Source: Candidatus Woesebacteria bacterium (GTDB lineage: Bacteria > Patescibacteriota > Microgenomatia > UBA8517). From it: a stretch of DNA of 64,000 nt. This document shows positions 51,245 through 61,028 of the stretch, piece by piece. A program made the position numbers and the translations under genes. Below the pieces are notes generated by a model. It had not been told where the DNA came from. It did no database searches and saw nothing but the letters and a program-made list of their open reading frames with translations. How positions within the stretch are numbered: position 1 is the stretch's first letter; the number at the start of each line of letters is the position of its first letter. The stretch spans positions 793,501 through 857,500 of the forward strand of contig CP066686.1 of assembly GCA_016432365.1 (NCBI GenBank), given 5' to 3'.

Positions 51245-51742
51245 TTAAAAATCAAGTTTTTTAATAAAATCGACAAACACCTTGGGAGTGTCAGTTGCCA
51301 TTTTTTCTTTCCATCTGACCCCGCCCCTCATTACTTTACGAACAAACTCTTTTGTCTTTTGAGATTGATTCAAGACATTGTACATATAAACCTGTCCGAC
51401 AATATCATCCACAAACAAATCTAAATCGTTTTCGGATCCTACTTCAAATCCCATTAATGCAAAGCTAAAAATCAAAGCGAGTTTGTTTTCGTCAGGGGTG
51501 GTAGTAGAAAAAACTTTCTCCTGTTCTGCCATATACAAAAATGACCTGCAATCTTTACTTATTAACCTTTCTCCCAAAAGTTCAATCATTTCGTCCCTCT
51601 TGGATACAAAAACCTTTCCGGCCATATTTTGCCACATTTCAGGATCGGCTTTACCGTAAGGGTCGATATACGCGCGAAGAAACGGGGAGTTCTCAATAAT
51701 TAAATGTTTTCTAATATTTTTCTGATATGGGTTCTCAACCAT
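51245..51742 (-). CDS. hypothetical protein
   Basis: 165-aa ORF with no family recognised. Confidence 0.35.
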   Translation of the reverse strand: MVENPYQKNIRKHLIIENSPFLRAYIDPYGKADPEMWQNMAGKVFVSKRDEMIELLGERLISKDCRSFLYMAEQEKVFSTTTPDENKLALIFSFALMGFEVGSENDLDLFVDDIVGQVYMYNVLNQSQKTKEFVRKVMRGGVRWKEKMATDTPKVFVDFIKKLDF

Positions 51743-51905
51743 ACGATCATCTTAATACGCTATCAAAATATGTCAATTCACTATTGACTGCAAATAAAAC
51801 TTGTGTAGAATAAATAATATATCAAGAGGCGGCCAGGGACTAGCCCGATGACCCGCCAACAACCTCCTGAATTTAGTTCGGGAAAGGTGCTAAAACTAGA
51901 ACGAT

Positions 51906-52964
51906 ATGAAAAACATATTTTTAGATACTTTCAAAAACTACACTGTTGAATCCGTAACAAGCGGACACCCCGATAAAATTTGTGATCAAGTTTCCGATGC
52001 CATACTCGATGAATGCCTCCGCCAGGATCCCAAAAGTAGAGTAGCTATAGAAAGTTTTGGCGCGCACGGACTTTTTGTGATCGGTGGAGAAGTTACAACC
52101 AATGCTAAGTTTGACGCAAAAAAAATTGCGGCACGAGTTTACAAAGAAATTGGGCATTTGGATAAACTCAAATTTGTAACAAACATAATTAAGCAATCAC
52201 CCGACATTGCCATGGGGGTAGATACCGGCGGGGCAGGGGATCAGGGCATCATGTACGGCTTTGCTACCGACGAAACTCCGGAATACCTCCCCAGAGCAGT
52301 TGCTCTTGTACACAAGCTTACAAAAGGATTGGAAGAGCTTAGACGTTCCAAAAAAATCAAATGGCTTCTTCCCGACGGCAAGGCCCAAGTAACAATAGAA
52401 AACGGAAAAATCAAAACAGTTTTGGTTTCGGCCCAGCATAAGAAAGGTGTAAAACTTGAACAAGTGCGCAAGGAAATTTCCGAAAAATTAATTAAAAAAC
52501 TTGTGCCCGGTATTAAAGATGAAAATATCCTAGTTAATCCTACAGGTAAATTTGAGGTAGGAGGATTTATCGCTGACACAGGACTAACCGGCAGAAAAAT
52601 CATGGTTGACTCTTACGGAGGACTTATTCCACACGGCGGTGGAGCGTTTTCCGGAAAAGATCCTACAAAAGTAGATAGGAGCGGCGCCTACATGTGCCGA
52701 TTTGTCGCTAAAAACCTGGTTGCAAAAGGAAAGGGTAAAAGTGTTCTCGTTTCTGTTGCTTACGCTATCGGAAAGGCAGAGCCACTAATGATCGATGCTA
52801 AAAACGAAAAAGGTAAAGATCTTTCAGATTATGTTAGGAAACATTTCGACTTTAGGCCATTGGCTATCATCGAAAAACTAAAACTCAGAAACCCCATTTA
52901 TTCCCAAACCGCCGCCTATGGCCACTTCGGCAAAAAAGGTCTTCCCTGGGAAGAGATTGAATGA
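51906..52964 (+). CDS. metK: S-adenosylmethionine synthetase
   Basis: ESVTSGHPDKICDQVSDAILD and GGGAFSGKDPTKVDRSGAY. Confidence 0.85.
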   Translation: MKNIFLDTFKNYTVESVTSGHPDKICDQVSDAILDECLRQDPKSRVAIESFGAHGLFVIGGEVTTNAKFDAKKIAARVYKEIGHLDKLKFVTNIIKQSPDIAMGVDTGGAGDQGIMYGFATDETPEYLPRAVALVHKLTKGLEELRRSKKIKWLLPDGKAQVTIENGKIKTVLVSAQHKKGVKLEQVRKEISEKLIKKLVPGIKDENILVNPTGKFEVGGFIADTGLTGRKIMVDSYGGLIPHGGGAFSGKDPTKVDRSGAYMCRFVAKNLVAKGKGKSVLVSVAYAIGKAEPLMIDAKNEKGKDLSDYVRKHFDFRPLAIIEKLKLRNPIYSQTAAYGHFGKKGLPWEEIE

Positions 52965-53015
52965 CGTTTTCTTCCTGTATAACTAGTAAAGAGATATAAT
53001 TGTTGCATATATCCC

Positions 53016-54015
53016 ATGTCAGATTTTGGTAAAGATTCTCCGCATTCACAAGAAGGGTCAGAACCATCAATAAGGTTTTTGCAAATAACACATTCGGCTG
53101 AAAATGCGGTCAGGGTTTGGGAGGAAGCCAAAAAACATGATGTTGTATTACTAGAAGTTTATGACCTGTCTGATGCTCAACGTGAAGATTTGGAAAATAC
53201 CATTAATGGTATGTCCTCAATCGAAGACCCAGAGAGTAGAATGAAGACTCTTGGAAACCTCTACTCAGATTCGGGATTCGCGCAACAAATTATAAGGCAA
53301 GCGATCCTTGAAGGAAAAGAGTTTCATTTTATTGACATTTCCAGCAATCACGATGCTCATGTGTTTTATGAAAGAGCCGAAGCATATAGTAATGAAGTTT
53401 TCAAATATTTTTATGAGGGTGTATTCGATAAGTCTTTGTCAAGTCTCCGTGCGTATGTTGCCGCAAATTCCCAAGCAAACACCTCAAGAGAAAACCTGGT
53501 GTCAAGACAAGTTAAAAATTTGGTTAGTGAAAACCAAAAAAAAATGGAGGGGTAAGTCTGTATGTGTCGTCCAAGGGGAGGAACATACAAGAAGCTATCA
53601 TATTTTCAAAAAAGATAACCCCACAATACAATCGTCGCGTACATTTTTAAACGAAGGGCGATTTTCCTTCGATTTAGAATTTGAAGTTGAGAAAAGGCTA
53701 TCTGTTGGAAGTCATGAAGATCGCGAGCTGGCCCTCAAAAGGTTATTTATTACCCGTCTAGTTCTAGGCACCGTTATCAGGGGAGTCACGACAGAAACGA
53801 TAGAAAAAAAAGACAAACTCGCAAGGTCGTTGGAAAGCGATGAAGTCGATAAAATTTTTGAAAGACTTGCAGAAATACAAAAGTACGTTCACGAGGAAGA
53901 GCATGACACACCAAACCTGGTCAAAGTCTATGTATTTAAACAAGTACAAATTCTAGGTCAACAAATTATAGAAAAACATCCCCTTTTTGCCGAAAGTTCG
54001 ACACAAGTAGTATAA
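53016..54015 (+). pseudogene. hypothetical gene split by a +1 frame change at an A9 homopolymer (53536-53544)
   Basis: ORF 53016..53555 ends 8 nt after the A9 tract. The downstream frame (to 54015) has no start codon after that point, yet removing one A gives a single ~333-aa reading frame. Confidence 0.4.
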
Positions 54016-54022
54016 TATATTT

Positions 54023-55759
54023 ATGTCTGAAGAACTAGAAACTTTAGAGTCACAAGTCGAACTTGACCGCTTTGAAAAAGAATGGGGAGAGTACGGTGAT
54101 CTTCCTGAGCGTGGCGGGGGAGGAGGCAAACGCCCCAAAAACGGCCCCACCAAAAGCCAGGAGGCTTCAAATGCCGAAGAAAACGCAAGACTTGCGCGAG
54201 AAAGACAGGTATTTGCCGAAAACCAGATTTTAGAATACATCGACGAAACTTGGGATCATTTTAAAAAAGAGGATTTGCCGAATAAAGTAGCTGAATATGC
54301 TACCTGGATGGAAAAGGCCTCAAAGCAAAAAGATTTTAAAGTTGACCCAGACGACATTAGGATTAAATCAAAATTATCCGGGGGAAGCGGAGGCCAAAAT
54401 GTACAAAAAAATCAAACGGCTGTAGATATAACACATAAGCCAACCGGCCTTCGTGTGGGTTCACAAAGCGAACGTAGTCAACTTACCAACAAACAAGTTG
54501 CTCTCCAAATACTAACATTAAACATAAAATCCCAGCTAAAACTTTGGAAAGAAACATCAAAAGAATTTAGACAAAAACTAATGCACCCCAAAGAGTCTGA
54601 GAAATTTGAAACCGGTTTTGTACCACTCCCCGAAGGAGTAACAATTGATCGTCTAAGAGGGCAGGTGCCGCCCTCAGAAGAACTAACCGTTATGTTTAAT
54701 TGGGAAGGTGATTCCGATCATAAACCAAAAAGCGTCACAGTTAACGGAGAAAATTTTTATTTGTATCCCTCAGTAGAATACCGGGTAAATTTTAATTCGT
54801 CCCAAAATGGCGATGTCTATATGAATCCGGTTGACCCCAAAAGTGGCGCCCCGGAAGTTTCCGATATTCCGGCCGCTCTTGATAGGCATTTGGCATCAGT
54901 AAAGGGCAGGCAGGTATCAGGCATTAATATTTCTGCTAAAAGTTCGGATGGGGAAATATCAAAAGCCATCGACAAAGTTCAAATGGGAATTGAAAGATCG
55001 CTGGATACCGACAGACTCAGAGCTTTTGCTCAAGAATACTTCGAATCCGATCTCACCAACGATCTTAAAACCATAAAAGAGGCTTTAGACCTGGCCCCGT
55101 TCCAAGAAGGGTCTCGAGCTGATCAAATAATATACCGCCAAGCCTGGCTAATATTCGAAAGTGAGTTTTACAAAAGATTAGATGAAAATGGAAATATAGA
55201 TAACCTAAAAGAATTAATGCAGGATTCTCTCATTCAATATATGGAGCAAGTTAAAGATATTTTAGAAAACAGACCGACAGAATTAATTAACATAACCGAT
55301 GATCCAAATAGCATAGTTATACATTTTGACACTATCCCAACCGACCCGAGATACCCCAATCACGGTCTTATCATCCTAACAACATATATTCCCAACCGAG
55401 GTTGGACGATAATGGCCCCAATTGGTGATTGCCCAAATTTTGCAGCCTACATGCTCAAGGACTTTGCCACCGGCACGAACAAAGAAAACCAAGCATCAAT
55501 ATTTGCGGATTCATTTCAGACTGCGAAAGAGAGCGGAGTATTGAATATTTTAAACGACGGTAAAACATTGTTGTTTAAAAACTTATCGGACCTAAATCCC
55601 TACATGGCCGTTTTTCATAGCGACGACCACACTCTAAAAATGGCGTTAGAAACTCTAAGAGTTGCAGGGGATCCGCACATGGGCGAAAATAATTTTAAAT
55701 TTATTATTTACAAAAAGGACGAAGTCGTGCCGGAGATGACGACAATCGATTTGACATAA
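54023..55759 (+). CDS. release-factor GGQ (peptidyl-tRNA hydrolase) domain fused to a ~400-aa C-terminal domain of unknown function
   Basis: Residues ~105-165 (DPDDIRIKSKLSGGSGGQNVQKNQTAVDITHKPTGLRVGSQSERSQLTNKQVALQIL) align with the class I RF / ArfB catalytic domain. No codon-recognition domains are present. Confidence 0.6.
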   Translation: MSEELETLESQVELDRFEKEWGEYGDLPERGGGGGKRPKNGPTKSQEASNAEENARLARERQVFAENQILEYIDETWDHFKKEDLPNKVAEYATWMEKASKQKDFKVDPDDIRIKSKLSGGSGGQNVQKNQTAVDITHKPTGLRVGSQSERSQLTNKQVALQILTLNIKSQLKLWKETSKEFRQKLMHPKESEKFETGFVPLPEGVTIDRLRGQVPPSEELTVMFNWEGDSDHKPKSVTVNGENFYLYPSVEYRVNFNSSQNGDVYMNPVDPKSGAPEVSDIPAALDRHLASVKGRQVSGINISAKSSDGEISKAIDKVQMGIERSLDTDRLRAFAQEYFESDLTNDLKTIKEALDLAPFQEGSRADQIIYRQAWLIFESEFYKRLDENGNIDNLKELMQDSLIQYMEQVKDILENRPTELINITDDPNSIVIHFDTIPTDPRYPNHGLIILTTYIPNRGWTIMAPIGDCPNFAAYMLKDFATGTNKENQASIFADSFQTAKESGVLNILNDGKTLLFKNLSDLNPYMAVFHSDDHTLKMALETLRVAGDPHMGENNFKFIIYKKDEVVPEMTTIDLT

Positions 55760-55786
55760 CCATACATCTGGAGCTATATTGCATAT

Positions 55787-56188
55787 ATGGCCAAGGGATT
55801 TGTGCGAAATTTAGAAGAGTTAACGGCGCAAAATTCCAACTTCAGAAAAGTAATATATACCGCAAAACATTCCCAACTGGTATTGATGTGTCTTAAACCT
55901 TCCGAGGAAATCGGAATGGAAACTCACCCGGATAACGACCAATTTTTAAGAATCGAAAGTGGCGAAGGGAAGGCTATAATTGACGGAAATGAACAAGTTT
56001 TTTCCAGCGGATTTTGCGTAGTTGTTCCTGCCGGTTCCCGGCACAACATAATTAATACTTCAGCCAACGTCGAACTAAAACTTTACACCGTTTATTCTCC
56101 GCCTCATCACAAAGACGCTACCATCCACGAAACAAAGGAAATAGCCATGTCTTCAGAGGAGGATTTTGACGGAGTTACTTCAGAGTAG
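55787..56188 (+). CDS. cupin-domain protein
   Basis: GMETHPDNDQFLRIESGEG...VVPAGSRHNIIN two-motif cupin pattern. Confidence 0.55.
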   Translation: MAKGFVRNLEELTAQNSNFRKVIYTAKHSQLVLMCLKPSEEIGMETHPDNDQFLRIESGEGKAIIDGNEQVFSSGFCVVVPAGSRHNIINTSANVELKLYTVYSPPHHKDATIHETKEIAMSSEEDFDGVTSE

Positions 56189-56780
56189 AAGGTAAAAGTT
56201 GCCACCAATTTCGTTTAAGCTCAGCCACGCTGGAACACATATCTGTCACAATAAGTAAACGATGTTCGGGAGATTTTAGGTTTACCGATTCCAAATTAAT
56301 TCCCCTTACTTCAAATCTGTCTTCCAACTCATGACTTAAATTTTTCAAAACCACACGCAATTCCCGCTGATCAAACCGGCCGGAAATGACACTCAAGTTA
56401 TGTCCCGGAATATAAGGGCTATCTGCCTCGATATAACCACAATCAAGACACCTGTACATCCTTATAAACGGATTAAATTTTAAATCATATTGCTCGTTTG
56501 AAAATGGAAAGTTGACAACAAGAGGTTTGTCTTTAAACATTTCGTGAGCTTTGTTTGTGATTTCCCAATAAAGACTTAGGGTGCGGGCGCCAGGCGGACT
56601 AAACTCCTTTGGCCCACTGCCAACATATACCCTTTTGACCATGTCGCCATTTTTATAGACCCGAGAGTCATAACCGTCGCCTACGAAATGGTCCAAAAGA
56701 GCTCTATGGCATTCTCCGCCAACAAATTCAAATTCCTTCGACATAACCAGCAATTTTACCTCGTTTTCAATTTGTTGCAA
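56175..56780 (-). CDS. CxxCG-motif hypothetical protein, paralog A of a three-member family
   Basis: Shares VKRVYVG, NPFI..C.DCGY.EA and TDMCSSVAELK blocks with the ORFs at 57324 and 57927. Confidence 0.45.
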   Translation of the reverse strand: MQQIENEVKLLVMSKEFEFVGGECHRALLDHFVGDGYDSRVYKNGDMVKRVYVGSGPKEFSPPGARTLSLYWEITNKAHEMFKDKPLVVNFPFSNEQYDLKFNPFIRMYRCLDCGYIEADSPYIPGHNLSVISGRFDQRELRVVLKNLSHELEDRFEVRGINLESVNLKSPEHRLLIVTDMCSSVAELKRNWWQLLPSTLK

Positions 56781-56802
56781 CTTGAGTTAGAATAATCTAA
56801 TT

Positions 56803-57321
56803 ATGGAAGGGGGGATTGATCCGGAAGTTTTAGGCGAGATGATAGAAAAGTTCTACGAACCGCGCCACCACAATAAACGTCGCCCCAACGTTATCCTACC
56901 CAAAGGTAAAGGTGCAGAAATCCTCAGGCAAAACGAGACAGATAAAGCCGAACAGGCAATTCAAAAACATATATCTAAAAATTTTGATTCGATTCAGGAC
57001 CCCCAGGAAAGAAAAGAAAAAATGGGGGAATACTTGGGGTGGGTTAGGGAATCATTGGTTACAATGAGCCGACGCCCTCCTTACATTACCAAGTTCGAAG
57101 AGGAAAATCTTGAAAAAACCGAAACGGAGAACACCGTTTCCGTACTTCATATACCTTCAAAACTTTCAGTTACACACACAGGCGAAGCAGACCAGCATCA
57201 CAACGATATCGAAGCCCAGGAAGATCTCTATACTCGCTTAGAAAATCATATAAATGACTGGGGAAACAAAGTCTCCAAAAGGTTCAGGGAAAAATACGGA
57301 ATTATCGCCGATTTAAAATAA
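56803..57321 (+). CDS. hypothetical hydrophilic protein
   Basis: 172-aa charged ORF lying between paralogs A and B on the opposite strand. Confidence 0.35.
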   Translation: MEGGIDPEVLGEMIEKFYEPRHHNKRRPNVILPKGKGAEILRQNETDKAEQAIQKHISKNFDSIQDPQERKEKMGEYLGWVRESLVTMSRRPPYITKFEEENLEKTETENTVSVLHIPSKLSVTHTGEADQHHNDIEAQEDLYTRLENHINDWGNKVSKRFREKYGIIADLK

Positions 57322-57323
57322 CT

Positions 57324-57863
57324 TCAATTTTTTTTAGCCAAATCGGCAATATCAAAACACAGGTCCGTTACAGTAAAGGCCGATAAACCACTGCTTCTGA
57401 CATTTACAGGAGCTATGAAAATACCGTCAACGCCAAGCTCTTTTTCTATTTTATAATTTAAGCCGCTCAACTTATCAACTAATATATCGTGGACAGGAGT
57501 AAAAAAAACGGAATCGAGTCTTGCTCCGGTTATAAAAGGAGCCCATGCCTCAAGGTAGCCACACTTGTCACATTTACCAACCTGAAGAAAGGGGTTAATC
57601 AAAATCCTTTTATTTCCATATGGCAAGGGAAGTTTTATGGACCATTTTTCAGCCTTGGCCAAATCTGAAGCCCTGGAAGTTATGTCGTTATAAAAACGAA
57701 GTTTTTCAATATTTAAAAAGTCTATTGGGCTATTGTCTCTGTAAATTTTCAATGCATATTCGTTAACCCTAAAAACAACCGAATTAATTCCTTGGGCAAT
57801 CAATTTTTTGTTAACATCCAGACGGCAGGGCCAAACTCCCTCCGCTCCAAATTCTTTTGACAT
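57324..57863 (-). CDS. CxxCG-motif hypothetical protein, paralog B
   Basis: NPFLQVGKCDKCGYLEA, ..VTDLCFDIADLAKKN. Confidence 0.45.
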   Translation of the reverse strand: MSKEFGAEGVWPCRLDVNKKLIAQGINSVVFRVNEYALKIYRDNSPIDFLNIEKLRFYNDITSRASDLAKAEKWSIKLPLPYGNKRILINPFLQVGKCDKCGYLEAWAPFITGARLDSVFFTPVHDILVDKLSGLNYKIEKELGVDGIFIAPVNVRSSGLSAFTVTDLCFDIADLAKKN

Positions 57864-57926
57864 GCAGGCATTCTACTACAAAGGCCATCTAAACTGAAAT
57901 TAAACACCACTTTGCGCCCACCGTCT

Positions 57927-58466
57927 TCAATGAAACCTCTTTAGTCTGCCAATATCGGAGCAAATATCTGTGGCAATTAGGATGTCATGACCCCCATCTT
58001 TTACATTAATTGGATCTAACTTAACACCCTCAACATTAAGTCTTTTTTCAAGATCACGACTAAGTTGACTAAGTCCAGCCTCCATATCTGCCAAGTCGTA
58101 TTTGTAACGAAGACTTTCAAGATCGTCACCGCCTACAAACTTAGAAACAGCTTCCATAGATCCACAATCACACATGCGCGCAGTTATTATTGGATTTACT
58201 TTAAAAATAAATGATTTTTTAGAGTTTGGCAGTCTAACAAAAAGATCTTCTGTTTCAGAAACAGAATAAGCTAAATTGGTTATTTGCCAATAAAAATTAA
58301 ACTGTCTTTCCGATAATGGCGGAGGGTCTCCTCCCACACCACCCACATACACCTTTCTCACGTTTTCCCCGTCCCTAAAGACTAAAGAATCGTACCCTGT
58401 GGTTACAAGTTCCAAACCCAGCTTTTTGTGACAGATCTGTAAATTTGGTTCTGTATCTCTAAACAT
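57927..58466 (-). CDS. CxxCG-motif hypothetical protein, paralog C
   Basis: VRKVYVGGVGG, NPIITARMCDCGSMEA, ATDICSDIGRLKRFH. Confidence 0.45.
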   Translation of the reverse strand: MFRDTEPNLQICHKKLGLELVTTGYDSLVFRDGENVRKVYVGGVGGDPPPLSERQFNFYWQITNLAYSVSETEDLFVRLPNSKKSFIFKVNPIITARMCDCGSMEAVSKFVGGDDLESLRYKYDLADMEAGLSQLSRDLEKRLNVEGVKLDPINVKDGGHDILIATDICSDIGRLKRFH

Positions 58467-58486
58467 GATTTTGTGAAATTTTCGTA

Positions 58487-59443
58487 TTATTTACCACCTT
58501 GTCCGTGATATTGTTCATGTATTTCTTTTAACTGGCGGTTTGTTACATGAGTGTAGATCTGAGTTGTAGAAATGTTCTTATGCCCTAGCATCTCTTGCAC
58601 CGAACGGATATCAGCCCCGGCGTTTAGTAAATCGGTGGCGAAGGAATGGCGCATCACATGAGGTGTAACTTCCATCGGCATTTTCATTTTGTGAGAATAC
58701 TTTTTTATCATTCTCTGGACCGAGCGGGGAGTGAGTCTCATTTTTTCATCCGGCGTGGCCGGATCAGACTTCCCTTTGTGATGAATGAAAAGGGGTTTGT
58801 AGTGATCGCGCCTTTCATTTAAATATTTAATTAACCAATCAGTTGCACGACTGGAAAGAAACACTACCCTGGCCTTTCCACCTTTTCCCACAATCCCGAA
58901 TTCTTTTGTTTCGAGATTCACCTTATCACGATCAAGTTTGGTAAGTTCCGAAACACGAAGGCCTGTAGAAAACAAAACTTCCAAAATCGCTTTGTCCCGC
59001 TTGCCTTGAATCGAATCCTGAGAGGGGGCGTTTAGCATTCTGTCGACTTGCTCACCGCTTAAAAATTTTACCTGCCGTTCTTCCACTTTAGGCAAGTCAA
59101 TTTTATCGGGTGCCATAGCCTGAAAGTCATTTCTAATAAGCCATTTAAGAAAACTTCTAAGAGCTATAACATGATAACTCTGAGTGCGGCGTCCCATTAG
59201 GTGACCATTTTCTCCGGGCAGGGTTGTTAAAAAAACTCTAAAACTCCTTACAATATCCTGATTGATATCAATTATATTTTCCCGGATTCCTTGAGACTCC
59301 ATCCACAAAATAAGTCTCGATAAATAGTGTCTGTAATTCCGAAGGGTTAGGGGAGAGGCGCCACGTTCTACCTGAAGATACTCCAAAAAGTCTTCAACCT
59401 TTTTGGCTATCTCACTTTGATTGATCGGGCCAGGATCGGGCAT
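58487..59443 (-). mobile_element. tyrosine site-specific recombinase (XerC/XerD / phage integrase family)
   Basis: C-terminal catalytic region: HVMRHSFATDLLNAGADIRSVQEMLGHKNISTTQIYTHV (R..H..R..Y). N-terminal SAM-like core-binding domain. Confidence 0.75.
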
Positions 59444-59504
59444 CTATAAATGAGTTTACACTGAGCAAAGTTGAAGTGTCAATAACATTGTGCGACATCA
59501 ACAT

Positions 59505-60260
59505 TTAGGGAGAATAATAAAGTAAGTCTTCAAATACCGAGATGTTCGGAAAAAAGATGCGTCTTTCTCCCAATAATCCCTCAAAACTTTCACCTTCCGC
59601 AGGAAATCCCAAAAAACCAATATCCGGTGCTTTTTGAAGAAGAGTACGAGCAAGCCTCATTGAATCGTCCAGGTGAACCATGCCCGGGTTAAACTTAAAT
59701 AGCTCGGCGACTCTTCGGGCTTTGAATTCGTTTCCGTCCAAATTTGAATTAGGATTGATACCAATATGATCAGTAGGAATCCAGGGAAAATTATGATTTA
59801 GCCACATAAAAGTTGAGTCTGCCAAAGACGGAATCCTCGAAGTCGTAACATATTGTTTTACACCTCTTACGTTTGCCACAATTGATAAATTCCTCAATTT
59901 TTGATTTGCCTCACCTGCTAATAAAATTTTTGGGTCTGACCATACACGCCATTCATATTCCAAAGCATCCTTCTTATTCATCAGGTCATCTTCAACAAGC
60001 CAATTGGCAATGCTATTCCAACCGATGATTTTTCGGCTCGAATAATTTGTTCCAAGATCTTTGTCACAATAATCCAAAACCGGAATTTCGGTCCGCGATA
60101 AAACCTGATCAATATCCCAACTAATTACCAAATCCCGTTGATTTAAATTTACTATACCGAATAAATAAATCCGTTGTGAATAACTTAACGTGTCTAGGTA
60201 ATTCTGAACCGTCTCTTTTTGCATTTCGGTAAATATACAGCCTATTGTTATCAATATCAA
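59505..60260 (-). CDS. HAD-superfamily hydrolase-like protein (5'(3')-deoxyribonucleotidase-like)
   Basis: Motif I-like VISWDIDQVL (DxD) and a C-terminal HLDDS. Confidence 0.35.
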   Translation of the reverse strand: MILITIGCIFTEMQKETVQNYLDTLSYSQRIYLFGIVNLNQRDLVISWDIDQVLSRTEIPVLDYCDKDLGTNYSSRKIIGWNSIANWLVEDDLMNKKDALEYEWRVWSDPKILLAGEANQKLRNLSIVANVRGVKQYVTTSRIPSLADSTFMWLNHNFPWIPTDHIGINPNSNLDGNEFKARRVAELFKFNPGMVHLDDSMRLARTLLQKAPDIGFLGFPAEGESFEGLLGERRIFFPNISVFEDLLYYSP

Positions 60261-61028
60261 ATCGAGGCTAAATGTGACCTCACTAAATCGATTTTAAAGG
60301 CCCTCTAGGTCAAAAGACGACTATATGGTCGTCTTGTTAAGGTCGTATTTACGGTAAAAACAGTCAGTTAAATTATTTGAAAAACTTTTAAAAGAAAGAT
60401 AGGGAGGTGCAGTGGTAGGAGGAGTCAAACCATTCGGTCTTTATTCGGAAGAAGTATTTTAAGGAAAAATCTAAAAATAGAGTATTTATACAATATCAAA
60501 ACATAAAAGATGAAAATTAAAAGCTAAAAGTTTTTTAAAATAACGTAAGAAGTACTACACTACGTCATCAAAATTATTCTGCGTCGCAAAAGTATTATTG
60601 TGCGACCTTATATAATTTACTTCCTTCTGGAAGTTCGTCACAAATACGCCTCAGGTTCGCGGGATAGGGTTAAACACGCTTAAAATACCCAAACGTAATA
60701 GACATCTATTCCCTCATAAAGAAGTAGTCGATTTTACGTTTAACCATTTAGTTATCCACACTACGAGAGATGATGGTCAGTTAGTATAATCTCGAGCGTG
60801 ACAAGTATATCAATCTATATCACCCATTGCTGAAGACCTATTGTGTTTTCTTCGGGTTGACAAATACGTCGCATTTCGTGAAAAGATCCTATAATTTTCG
60901 TGAAAACAACCTCTGTCTGAAGTGATAATACCCTATAATTATAGGATACTTTATTCCCCTCCTCCCCTCTCTCGTTCTCTGTTCTGCCTAAAATTTTAAT
61001 TCTAATTTCTTAATTATTAATTAATTTG

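Noticed and set aside
60261-61028. tRNA or tmRNA gene as the integrase target
   Set aside because: I could not find a convincing cloverleaf (no GTTCGAATC-type T-arm or matching acceptor stem) on either strand by eye. The region is kept as a finding but no tRNA feature is called.
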